This document shows, piece by piece, positions 28,508 through 41,522 of a stretch of 64,000 nucleotides of DNA. Position 1 is the stretch's first letter, and each line of letters opens with the position of its first letter. The DNA is taken from assembly GCA_002245135.1 (NCBI GenBank), contig NGBS01000586.1:186001-250000 (forward strand), written 5' to 3'. Under the pieces are notes generated by a model, which had not been told where the DNA came from, did not search any database, and was given only the letters and a program-made list of their open reading frames with translations. Source of the stretch: Proteromonas lacertae (lineage: Eukaryota). The translations under genes and the position numbers were made by a program.

Positions 28508-31301
28508 CTATTTATATTTTCTCTTTTGTGGTTTTGATTTACTTTTTATTTCGTTTAAAAACACATCCTGACTTACTCCTACCAAATCTTGCAATATTTT
28601 CATCAATGACTCATCTTTCTGTTGATATGCTTCAATATAATCTTTCAAAATATCTTCAGGAATTTTAATTTCCTCTTTTTCTTCCTCTTCTTCCTCTTCT
28701 TCAATTTCTTCAATTTCTTCAATTTCTACTAGTTTATTTATTTTATCTTTTTTTCTTTTCTTACTATTTTGTCCAGTATGTTGCTTAGATTGTTTTGGTT
28801 GTATATTTTCATTATTATCTTCATAATCTTTCATTCTTTTCTTTCTATTTGATTGTTTCTCTTCGTAGACAAATGATACTACATCAAAATTAATTGTACT
28901 ATTGTTCTTTACCTTCTTCACTGGTGATTTTGGCTTCTCTTCAACATTTTTCGCACTTTCTTTAACCTTTGTAAAATGAGGTGGTAAAATGTATTTTTGC
29001 ATTTTTTCATTAACATTATTTACTCTTTTTATGATATATTCGGATCTTATTAAATACTTCACACTATCACCCTTCATATCAAAGCTTATATTCTTAAAAA
29101 TATCTTTAACATCATCACATTCTGAATCATCAGCAAATAAATAGTAACATCCTCTATTGGAAGTATTATCTGTAACTATAGGATATGATTGTAAAGAATC
29201 AACAATTCTTCCACCCTCTTTGAGCCAAATGTTTTTCAAATTAGAAGGAACACTAGAAGAAAACCATCCTACACATCCACAAAATATACCATTAACGGAT
29301 GTTGGTTGTATTGTATTTGTAACGACTATATTCTGTTTTAATAATTCAATTTCTTCTATTGTGATTGATGAAATGTAAATTTCCAAGTTTTTATTGAATA
29401 TTGTATTTTTTGGAGATACATTGCTTTTGTATTTAACTTCATAATCTGATGGTATTAAAGAAGGATAATCAATATCTCTATTATTATCATTACTTTCACC
29501 AACTGTTGATTGTATTTTCATCTCATCCATATATTTCCTTATAATTGGATGATATTTAATATCATTAAAGTCATCATATTTATCTAACTCCTTTACAACA
29601 AAATCATCGATTGATTTATCAGTAACAATAAACAATGAGTTATAAGTTGAATTTAATATCTTCGAATACTCATTCACATCTTTATAAATCTTTAATTCAT
29701 TCTCACTACATATCTTAAAACATCCTGTATAACTATAACCATCTATATTAATAGTATTATCATTATTATTATTAATCAAATCGAAGGAAGAATATTCATC
29801 TTTAATTATCTTTATATTATTATCACTTATTAATATATTTCTCTTATAATTATTGTGATTAATAGGTATATTCATAATATTACATTTATTTCGATTTGTA
29901 TAGTGATTATTGACATAATACGGTTTACATCTTATTTCTTTTATATATGGTAGAATATATTGAACTAAATCATGATACATATCATTTAATAAGTATTTAT
30001 CACTTTGTTTATATATTTTACATCCTAATTCATACTCATTCACATTATTTATGGGTAAAACATAATTTCTGATAATTTTTCTTATCTCAATTGATTTATA
30101 CTCTATTTTTGTATTATTTGTTGAATGTATAAATAAATTACTATTTTCTTCATCATTAATACTATTATAAATAGATGAAAATGGTATATTCCTATTTATA
30201 TTTATCTTATTCTTATATTTTAACCAATAAGGTGATGGGAATTTCAATGCAAATTCTGTAATATTCATATTCTTAACATCAATAGAATTAATATCATAAT
30301 TAATTTGGTTTAAATAACTCCTATACACGTCATTCTTATTATCATTTTCTAATAAACATTTATAACTACTAATATCATAGATAATTGAGTTTATATCTCC
30401 TCCATATTGATTGTATAATTTATTTATTAATTCTGATGGTAAGTTTAAATGAGTATTATTATTGATTGTAATTATATCATCTAAACTGTATAATGGTATA
30501 TAAATTGTCTTTAATATCTCATTATCTGGTGTTATACCAATATCACTGAAGGTATTTTCACATATTTTATAGTTTTTATATGATAAGGTGAAAATGACTG
30601 ATTTTAGCATAGATCCTATTATTATACTGTTCTTTATCAGTGATAAAGTAATATCAATATTTTCATCAGATATTACTATATATGGATGTTTAAATTTCAA
30701 TAATATATTCTCATTTAGATTGTTGATTTTGTAAAGTTCTAGATTAGGTGTGATAAGATAGGATATTGTATTAGTTTTGTTTTCAGCATTATTGCTGTCA
30801 TTGTGTATGTAGAAATAATAGGGTTTGTCCTTTACAGTGTTGTTGTTTAATAAATGAATGAGTATTTGGATGGACATAATGCTTTTACCACTTCCTGTAT
30901 CACCTATTATACATGTATAATATGGTTTTGCTGTTTCTCTATTCACTGTTTTTAATATATCTCGAAAATTTGGTCTATCATATATGTTATTGAAAGGTAA
31001 GATAGAATTCAACTGCAACCACATGTAATTGCATATTTCTATAGTAAAGGATATATCAGAAATCATTATATATACCAAATACAGCGAAAACATCTATTTT
31101 TGGTTTTTCTTTCTTAATTTGTATTACATTCATCTCATCTATGAATGATTAATCACAAAATATACATTTTATTGTGGGTTCATCTTCAATAAAACGATTT
31201 TTCTAATTAATATAATCTAAGAGTATTATTACTGGTTCATTATAAGTTGATTTGCTATTTAGTATACTTCTTAATGGATCTTCATCTTCACAACCTTCCA
31301 T
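28508..31301 (-). CDS. P-loop NTPase (Crinkler/RHS-like) with C-terminal TERB2/BRCT-like domain and basic/acidic tail
   Basis: Walker A IIGDTGSGKS followed by a hydrophobic helix; LYNQYGGD; IFCGCVGWFSSSV...WLKEGG...YLFADD; 5' exons reconstructed with 3 introns. Confidence 0.65.
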
Positions 31302-31456
31302 AATTCAAATTTATATCAAAAAGTGATTTTCGCGCCAAACCCTTCTTTCTTTCTTTTCTTCTTTATTACGTGTAAATAATAGCAAATCTAAAGCATTTAT
31401 GTCTTCTGAATGGAATACAAACACATTTATATAAAATAAAGCATTAAAGAAACAGA

Positions 31457-31998
31457 TTAATAGTTTTTATTTAAGTCATCATTCTTGTGATTGTTTCTAT
31501 TCTTCCAATTGTCTTTTTCCCACCATGGTTCTTCATTATTATGAGTTGAATAGTGATAACTTGAATAATTATTTCTTAAATCATAATATTTATGTATAGC
31601 CCATTCAACTATTTTATCACCAATAGCAAAGAATCCTTCACATAACATCAACATAATTGGACTAAAAGCAAACATCTGTCTACAAAACATTCTTGCTCTA
31701 TTTTTTATTAATATTACAACTAAGATATATACGAAAATAGTTTGTAATATTCACAAAGTTTGAATATAGAAGATAAAGTACAAATGTCAATAGCTTTTTC
31801 TAAAATCCATAGAGTAATACTCATATTTCTTCTTCCATTATATATTAATGGCATTCTGGATGTTGTAACACCTAAAGAACAATAAATTACATAAATACGT
31901 GTAATTTGTAAAGCAGGTCTGTAACTATTTCCTAAACATTAAACTTAGACAAAAATACTAACCATTAATCTACCAGTCTGTCGGAATAACGAGTTCAT
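31457..31998 (-). CDS. Small unknown protein with an Arg-rich, acid-free N-terminus (putative mitochondrion-related organelle presequence)
   Basis: Spliced MNSLFRQTGRLMVRNSYRPALQITR...RRNMS joins ORF 31457..31690 in frame. Confidence 0.6.
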
Positions 31999-32180
31999 CT
32001 TTTCAAATTTTGATTTTTTAAATCAAGCCAGTTTGACAATATAATTTGTTTTGTTGAATTTCTCTACAATTAACAAACAGAAATGTAAGATAAACAACTT
32101 TAAACATCATTTCTATTGAAACATGTTCAATCCTAAAACAAAAACAATACAAAATAATTAATAAAAAAAATTATAAGATT

Positions 32181-35100
32181 CTATGTTTTTCTTCCTAGAG
32201 TTCTAGTCACAGTAGATACACCATCAACAAACTTAGTCCTAAATACAACATTTGCATTATTAAACATCCCTTCTTTCAAAGATACTACAATAAATTGTGA
32301 AGATTGAAAGTGTTTCCTCAACATCACACCAATATTCTGTGTATGTGACAAATCCAACGCAGCATCAACTTCATCTAAAATATACATAGGAGCTGGCTTA
32401 TATTTCAACATCGCTAATACTAATGACAAAGCCAAAAGTGATTTTTGACCTCCACTTAATTCAGATAAAGAATCTTTAAATTTTCCACTAAATGCAACTT
32501 TAACCTCCAAACCAGCGGAAATATCATCTTTAGATACTGGTATTAACATAGCAGTTGTACCAGGTAATAAAGTGCCAAATATACTACCAAAGTCATCATT
32601 CACTTTTTTCCATGTTTTATTCAAAGCAATTTCTTTTTTCTTATCTAAATCATCAATTGCTTGTTGAATTTTTGATTTATCTTTTTCTACAGTATCTCTC
32701 TTCTTTAATAAGTCCTGATACTCGTTGGAGGCTTGTTCAATCATTCCCATTACTTTCTTATTAATTTTTCTATTTAAAGATTCTTGCTCTTCTTCTAATT
32801 CTTTTAATCTTTTTGAAACGGCTTTGGGGTTCTTTTCGTTGAAATTATAATCTGAATTGGGGTTGCCAAAATATGATTCATCTTGTTTAATCCATTGATT
32901 TTTAGATAATAAATTATTTATTTGTTTTTTGGCAGATTCTCTATCACCATCTAATCTATTAATCTTATGTTCTATCTTCTTCAACTGTAAATCACAGTTT
33001 TCTAATTCTTTTAATTTATTTTCTTTGGATTTATTTAAGTCTTCAATCTCTTTATTACATAATAATAATCTATTTTTCTTATCATCTAAAATATTCTTAC
33101 ATTCAGTATATTCGTTCTTTTTATTTTCATAATCATTTTGTTGTATAATTAACTGACTATTATAATTAGCTATTGTTTTATTAATTTCTTCTATTTGATT
33201 ATCAAATGCTTTATTCTCAACTTCTAATTGATTTATTTCCATCTTTTTCATATCATATTCTTCCTTCATCTTTCGATAGGATTTATCACTCTTTTCTAAC
33301 TTTGATTTTGATGTTTTTAATGTTGTTTCTATTGCTTTTATTACATTGTCTCTATTCTTCTTATAATTTTTAATCTCATTTTCTAATTCTTTTATCTTTT
33401 TACTGTATTTTTCTTGATCTTCTTGAGATTGTTTTAATTTGCTTTTATTCTCTTCTATTTCTTTACAACAACTTTCATATTCCAACTGCATTTGACCTAC
33501 TTCAGTACTATTTAATCTATTCCTTAATAGTTCTAATTGATGACTTTTTAATTCATAATCATTATTCCATTTATTATATTCATTCTTTAATAATTCAAAA
33601 TTATCAACTTTCTTTCTCAATACCAATATCTTTTCATCACATTCATCAATTTTCACTTTAATATCCTTCAATTGTTGTAATGACAATAATAATGATGTTT
33701 TTGTAGGTGCTGATCCTCCTTGTAATGTTCCTTGTGGTGAAAATGCATCTCCTTCTAATGTAACACTTCGAGCTAATACACTTCTATCAAATGTTACTTT
33801 CTTCGCTGTTTCTAAACAATCACAAACAAGAGTTGTGCCAAATATATATTCCATTGCAGCTTGTAATTCATCATTATATCCTATTAGATTCAGTGCTAAA
33901 TTCACTTTATTCTTACCACCTCCTATCCTTTGAGCATTTTGAATTCGATTATTATCTAAAGTACGATGATTGATTTTATCCAATGGAATAATCGTTACTT
34001 TCTGCTTGAGTTTACCTTTTGATAATAACAGTTTACCTGTGTCAGATGTATCAACTATAATATTATACAATCTACCACCAGCTACAACCTCTAATGCAGT
34101 AGCTGTATTTTTATTACTGACAGTAATAAGATTAGCAACAACTCCTTTAACTTTATTTCTATCGAAATTAGGTGTTGGTGATTGATAATTGAACTGTAAA
34201 CCATAGGAGAGTTTATTACTACAGTCTTCATATTGATCTCTTAAATCATTATACTCATTCTGTGCTTGTTTTAATTCATCAATTGCTTGTCTATGTTCAT
34301 TTTGATTGTATTTTAAATGAATTAATTTCTCTTTAGCTGTAGCTACTGTATTTTCAGTTTCTTTTAATTCATCACTTAATTTCTTTAAGTCTACTTGATG
34401 CTTTGATAATTGACTTTCCAATTTTTTCTTTTCTTTTTCCTTGTGAGTTATTGTCATATTATATTCATATTCATTAGCTTTAGATTTAGATAATTCTTCA
34501 GTTGCTTTCTTCAATTGTTCAGCTAAAGATTCTGTAGCATCTTTTTGAATAGACATTCCTGCTTCTGCTGATTGTAATTGCATTTGTGTAGTTTTAATTG
34601 TATTTTCTAATTCTTTATGCTCATTCTCCATCTCTCTAAATATCTTTTCTTTTGTATCTAATTCTTTTTTTAACTTATCTATTGAAGTGTTATTTTCATT
34701 CATTTTTTTCTTTATATTTTCAACATTACTGTTTTCTTCATCAATTGATTTTTGTGTGTTTTCCATCTCTGAATGTTTTGATACCAATTCTTTTGATAGT
34801 TTTTCTTCTTTATCTGCTACTTCTTCTAGTGATTTTTCAACCTCTTCTTTGGTTTTATCTGATAGTAATTTCATCTTTTCATCAAATAATGTAATTTCTT
34901 CGTTTAAATCACTTTTGTTTTTATTGATGTCTAACACTTCATTCTTTAATTCTTCATATACACTTGAAGATTCATCTAATGTCTATATATATATATAGAT
35001 ATATATATATTAATATATTAATATATACTTTCTTTGCTTGTGTATATTGATAAGCAATCAAAAATCTATTCAATCGATCACATTCCGTTTTATTCGCTGA

Positions 35101-35819
35101 CCATTTCAAGTAGTGAGTTTTCTGAGTCTGTAATCTCTCTAAAGTAGGTGTAATTTCATCTTTTAATATTCTATTAATCTCATCCACCTTAGATTGCTTC
35201 TTTTCAATTGTTAATAAAGCTGATTGTTTCTTCGTTTCATACATTCTTGTACCTGCTGCTTCTTCTATCATTCCAAGGATTTCTTGAGGTTTCATATTGA
35301 TGACTTTAGTGATTCTTCCTTGCATGATAAGAAAGTGAGGGTTGTTGACGTTTAGTTGAACTGAATGGAAGAGATTTTGGACTTGATTGAGTTGGACTAC
35401 ATGACTGTTGATTAGATATTTATTTCTACCTCCAATCACGATCTGTAGAGTGTTATAATGTAGTTTATACCTGTCTGCAAACTGTAATTGTGTCATATTG
35501 ATCATATCCAACTGGACTTTGTGATGAATCTTTGTTATTAAAAACAATTGTCACACTTGCTTTGGTAATACCTGCTTGGCCTTGCTTGTATACAAGTTCC
35601 TGTAGATTACTTACACGAACCTATGATTATAAGGAAATGAATAAATTATACTTGGCTTAAATTTGATATACCCAAAACGAAGCATATTGCATCAAGTATG
35701 TTCGACTTACCAGAACCATTCAAACCAGTAATAGCATTAAATTTGGGATCAAAACCGGATATTACGGTCCTGGTTGAATAAGACTTGAAACCATCCAATA
35801 TAATCTCCTCTATAAACAT
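32181..35819 (-). CDS. SMC2: Condensin subunit SMC2, 3 introns
   Basis: [51 protein letters not shown], hinge region, [23 protein letters not shown]. Confidence 0.97.
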
Positions 35820-35930
35820 CCTTTGGAGGGAATTTTTAAAAATATTTAAATTTCAAGCCAAGCTGTCAAATACCTAAAGGTTTGATAATCAAACAATTCA
35901 CATTCAACTTAACAAAAAATAGAATTCTGA

Positions 35931-37600
35931 ATGTCTGACAATTCAGGTACATTTATAGATATTTTATATGGTCATTATAGGTGATGCTTATGAACTAGGA
36001 CCAGTTGCTAGAATGATCAGAGAGAGATTACTAGCTAAAGGAGTAAAGTTGCATGAAATGACAGAAGAAGAAAAACAAAGACGAAATCAATTTGTTGAAA
36101 ATGTCATGAAAGTTGAAAAGGTATTTATCATTATTTTATCGTTAAATAGATAAATAGTCCAGACACAAATAGTATAATTAAGTACACAATAAAAGATGTT
36201 AATGATTTATTGAGGAAAACCCTATTCGTTGAAAGTGATTATAATACTCTAATTGAAATGACAAAAAAATTATTATGGACCAATTATAATGAAATGAAAT
36301 CACTGATATTCAGTATATTTGAGTATAGTCAATCATCCAAAGCAAAATTATTCTCCAAATATTGTTTATATCTATGTAAAGATACAGATAATTTACTACG
36401 TAAATTAATTATAATAAATGAAGAAAAAGCGTTTAGTTATAAACTGTTAGGTGATGATAATGAATATACATTAGAATGTAAAGATGTAAAAGACATGTCA
36501 AAAGAATTAAACAAGAAATTTGGATTTAGATCAGAGATAATTCGATCTATCCAAAGTGTAGTTGAAAATATTAATAGCAATCCAAACATAACTCAAAACT
36601 TTTACTTATTGAGTGAAATATATAAAAGTGAAACTGAAGAAAAGGTAAAGAAAAGTGACAAAATCTTAACCAGTAAGATAATTGAATTATTACTACAATC
36701 TTTAAATGAAAGTAAAAACAATGAATGTTTATATATTCTATTGAATGGATTATATCCTTCAATACAAGAAGATGAATCATTAAAACCAATAATAAATGAA
36801 ATAATAAATAATATTGTAGTGGAATTAAAGAGAAACAATATTGAAAACTACTTGGTGAAGAATATATCTGATTTAGTAATGAAATATAACCCAAGTATAA
36901 TCATATATATATATAAAATATTTTATATTTTTATTTATATTTAGATGTTATTAATTACACGATAGATGATGTAAATGAGTTATTAAAAAAGCCTGAATTA
37001 GTTGAAAGGGGGTTTAATTTATTAATTGAAATGATTAATAAGTTGAAATGGAATAGTTATGAGGAAATGAAATTATTAGTAAAAAATATATTTCAATATA
37101 GTCAAATATCTTCAGCAAAACTTTTTTCAAAGATTTTATTGTATTTATGTAAAAAAAATGATAAAATAATGCAAAAATTAACAGTAACAAATAAAGAAAA
37201 GGAGTTAAATAAGAAATTTGGATTTAGATCAGAGATAATTCGATCTATTCAAAGTATAGTTGAAAATATTAATAACAATCCAAACATAACTCAAAACTTT
37301 TACTTATTGAGTGAAATATATAAAAGTGAAACTGAAGAAAGAGTTAAAAAGAATGACAAAATCTTAACCAGTAAGATAATTGAATTATTACTACAATCTT
37401 TAAATGAAAGTAAAAACAATGAATGTTTATATATTCTATTGAATGGATTATATCCTTCAATACAAGAAGATGAATTATTAAAACCAATAATTAATGAAAT
37501 AATTAATAAGATAGAAAGTGATGTAAAAGATGATAAAATTGAAAATAGTCAAAAAGAAATAGCTAATGATTTAATAGCAAAATATAATAATAAAGCATAA
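35931..37600 (+). CDS. Protein with two tandem MIF4G-like helical domains, 3 introns
   Basis: Twice (A)KLFSKxxLYL...KKFGFRSEIIRSIQS, resembling the eIF4G MIF4G pattern YAxLCxxL...FRxxLLxxCQ; nucleotide repeat at offset 698. Confidence 0.6.
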
Positions 37601-37686
37601 TCAAATATTCTTTTGTTGTATTTGTTTAAATTAGATAAAAAAACAATGAATAAAGATTAACCATAATATAAAAATATGTTAAGATT

Positions 37687-38646
37687 TTAATTAACTCTAA
37701 TCCCTTCCACTAAATTTTCAGTTGGATTTACATTTGGTTCATCAGGTATATGAACAGGAGTTTTCTTATTTCTTTTTCCTAAAAATTTCCAACCAATTCC
37801 AGCAGATGTACCTGTAATACACATTATACAACAACAACAACAGCAAATTATCAATATTAACCCAACTAAACATACAATTACAATAGCAACTATTGCCCAT
37901 GTCTTCCATTCTTCTAAATATAATAAATAGCTTTCTTTGCCTATTCCACACATTCCTTTTCCTCGTTCTAATCGAAAATAACCTTGCTCACCCCATTCTG
38001 CTCCAAAATCATTCTTTATTATCCAATATTTATCTTCACCTTCACTTCCATATCCTACTACTAACACCCAATGATTTGGTTCATGATTACATTCATCATA
38101 ATTCTTATAAATACCTCCATGATAATCTTTTAAACTGTCTATATAGATTTTGGTTGGAACTGGAGTTACATGAACATAGCCTTTTATTGCTTCTTCGCCT
38201 TTTAGCATGTAGTATGATACTTCTCCTGCTGTGGTGTATCTATTACATTTATCATTCATACATTCTTCAATTTTTCCATCATATTCATAACTATCTGAAC
38301 TACAAACTTTCTTATCTGAATAGTATTCTATTACATCAGATATTGATCCAATTTTACAATTGTTTCTTCCAGAACAATCCAAATATTCTTGAGAACTGAT
38401 CTTTTGTGAATTACCATGATGTAATGTTTCTAATCCTTCTATAGCTCCAACACCAGCAAACACATATGAACTAGAACAATTCGTAACTAATTCATTATCA
38501 ACAGAAGATATTGGATGATATTTTCTCCAATCCCACTCTTTATCCCCATAATCATCATTGCTATACTTATTACGCAAGTAATAATGTGAATTACCCACAC
38601 AGAATACCAAAAAACAACAAAATAGAATTGATTTCATGTTTGACAA
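37687..38646 (-). CDS. Papain-family (C1A) protease homolog, catalytic Cys replaced by Ser, membrane-anchored, intronless
   Basis: DWR, NCSSSYVF (canonical CGSCWAF), SSQEYLDC, NHWVLVVGYG, YWIIKNDFG..WGEQGY; signal peptide; C-terminal TM helix plus poly-Cys. Confidence 0.9.
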   Translation of the reverse strand: MSNMKSILFCCFLVFCVGNSHYYLRNKYSNDDYGDKEWDWRKYHPISSVDNELVTNCSSSYVFAGVGAIEGLETLHHGNSQKISSQEYLDCSGRNNCKIGSISDVIEYYSDKKVCSSDSYEYDGKIEECMNDKCNRYTTAGEVSYYMLKGEEAIKGYVHVTPVPTKIYIDSLKDYHGGIYKNYDECNHEPNHWVLVVGYGSEGEDKYWIIKNDFGAEWGEQGYFRLERGKGMCGIGKESYLLYLEEWKTWAIVAIVIVCLVGLILIICCCCCCIMCITGTSAGIGWKFLGKRNKKTPVHIPDEPNVNPTENLVEGIRVN

Positions 38647-38861
38647 TTATTGAATAAAAAGTGTTTAAACATTTTGTAAGGTTGGTTTGTGGTGTTTTTG
38701 ATAATGTTTCAATATGAAATTGTCAAATTATATATAGCTTTATAGCATTATAATAACTAGACAATAGAGATGTTACGATTTTGTTAATCTTAGACATGTT
38801 TGTTATTTTTATATAATAAACAGAATCCAATAAATATTCTAAACAAATAACTACTTAAGAT

Positions 38862-41337
38862 TTACAAATACAAATAATAGCTGTTATATAAAGTATCACT
38901 CAATCTATCAACGAAACTACCTTTATCATTCAATTCTTCTTTCCTATAATACTTCAAACCACCACTAATCTTCGTATAACCAAATGTAACATCATTAATT
39001 CTATCTCTCTTTTCAGGGCTTTCATGTATAACATCCTTCAACTGACTCATTATTTCACTGATAATCTCATTCTTCTGTCCAATTGTGAAAGCTAAATGAC
39101 CTGCTCCTTCGAATTCACTGTAACTGCTGAGGTTGGGATGATAAGCATGAAGTAACTTGTATTGATATAAAACATCTTCTTCTGGCACTAGTGGATCATT
39201 TCTACCAGCCATAAAGTGAATAGGAATATCAATATATTTATAGAAATTCTCATAATCAACAGTCTATTATATAATTATATTATACTATATACATTTCTGC
39301 TATTATATCTCAATAAATTGCCTTTCACTCCATAATTATAAGATTCGAATTTTCCTAAAGTTATATCCAATGTTCCTTGACGAATAATCTATATGATAAA
39401 TAAACAAATAATTAAATATATATATATATATATATATACTCCCATTGAAGCAACTCCTAATGGATAATCACTATAATTAACATATTGAAATGGACATTCT
39501 TCACTATTACCACCAACCAATGTAGTAATCATATTATTCAGTAATTCTGATGTAGATGGAGTAGACATGAGATCTTGAAGTAATTTAGCGAATAGAATAT
39601 GACTAGTACTAGAACGAAGTGGGAATGAATTGTATTTTGGAAATACAATTAGAAATTTCTATTATTATTAGAAAAAAAAAAAAAAAAGATATTTATACTT
39701 TTAATATAGAAAGTGAAAATCTCAATGTGAATGAAACATGACGATGATAACCAGCTGGTGACATTAAAATAATCTTACTGACATGATGCTTTCTACCATA
39801 AATATAACATTGAAATAAATATATTAATATTGCAGCTCCACCCATACTATGGCCTACTAAACTTATAATTGGATCTTTTTTATCTTTCTTACTATTCTCA
39901 CTTCTTTTTATTTCCAGAATTTTCTAGAATGTGATAGAAAATAAGAATATTATTACATGAATAAATGCTCTAATATCTAATGATAAATCATCTACATTAA
40001 AATCCCAATATTCATTATCATTAGTTGTATATCTATTATGTCTTTTTCTATTATTAGCATGGTTATGACCATCTGTGCCTCTGAAGTTTGCTAAATAAAC
40101 ATCATAACCTCCTTCATAGACTCTTGGACCAAGAGAACTGCTGGAATTATTAGAGATCCAAGCAAAAGCTGTATCTAATATACCACTGATAAATAAACTA
40201 TTAAAATAATAATAATATTAATAATAATAATATATTCATACACACATTTTCTTGTATTTTTCCTTGGAATTCTCATTAAAGTAATGAAATATCCATCATC
40301 AGTCTCCACTTCATATTGTTCAATTGGAAATCCATAAATTCCTTTAGTTATTGATGTTAACGGAGTATTATTCATTATATTGGGAGTGGTTGAAGTTGTA
40401 TAAATATTATTATCAAGAATTGACTTGATATTAGTTTTCATTTCATTAATTGCAACTGAGGGAAGTGAACAGATTGAATTAATTGATTGAATATCTTCAT
40501 TTTTATTCTTATCTAATAATCTAATTACAATAAAATAATATTTATATACTCTGGTAATGAATGTCCAAACCATATTATTGATAATAATCTTCTACAAACT
40601 AAAGTTAAATTTTCTATTAGAAATATTAAGAAATAATGTAATTCTTCCATCAAGCCTGGAGCTTGGCATGTTTTTGCATCATCTATATAATATATATGTA
40701 TAAATAGATCACTATTATTTCATACAATAATATGGAACTCTGGAATTCTCAATGAAATTTTGTTTTTTAGGATAAAATTGAAAGGGGAAGAATATTTGAA
40801 TAATACCAATAATCATATGCATATATAAATATAATATAATATAAGGTGAAAATAAAAACCATAATATCCTCTTCAATGTTTTGTTATTTTTCTTAATTTC
40901 TTTTTTGTTCTCTTGTGGCTGTGGTATACTTGGCGGACATGAATCACTGAACTTTAATGGAGGTGGTTTACCTGATTTCGGACTTAGTACTAACTTATCT
41001 TGATCTTTTTGTTCTGATAGACTTATTAATGCTTGAAATTGAGTTGTTGGAGTATTTCTATTATATTAACAATGCGAATTATGTGTATACTGGTCTAATT
41101 GTAAAGCTGGTCTTGGTGAATTTCTTGGAACGAATCTTTTTCTTCTTTTAACAACGAATCCTGAATCATAAGTAAGACTTACGAATATTGCTGAAAGACC
41201 ATTAATTAGTTGTGATAATAAATGCCAAAGTTCACTCACAATGGCTTGCCAGAACAATCCTGATTGGATCTACAACATAAGATATATTTCTATACTATAA
41301 ATCCATCCAACTTCTTGTATAGCCAAGGGTGTGACAT
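38862..41337 (-). CDS. Acid lipase/sterol esterase family alpha/beta hydrolase, multi-intron
   Basis: GFPIEQYEVETDDGYFITLMRIP, GYDVYLANFRG, VGHSMG, GRNDPLV and AGHLAF. Confidence 0.9.
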
Positions 41338-41522
41338 AATAAAATTTTAAAAAGAAAAATAATCGAGCCGAGCTTTATTTATAAAATTGAAAAGAGTGGA
41401 AAATACACGACTTACATACAACAAATTAATAGCAATATAATAATTATAATAATATTAAAAGGAAATAGGATTAAAAAACATAAATTAAGTTGATATTCAC
41501 ATGAAAAACATCTTTCAAACCA

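Noticed and set aside
38790..38871. Possible terminal intron and poly(A)-created stop in the lipase gene
   Set aside because: A genomic TAA exists at 38862-38864, and the spliced frame places no T or TA at the predicted cleavage site.
10897..39438. (TA)n and (TAA)n tracts, e.g. 10897-10918, 12967-12985, 39415-39438
   Set aside because: Ordinary microsatellite expansions inside introns; no spacer structure, so not CRISPR or telomeric.
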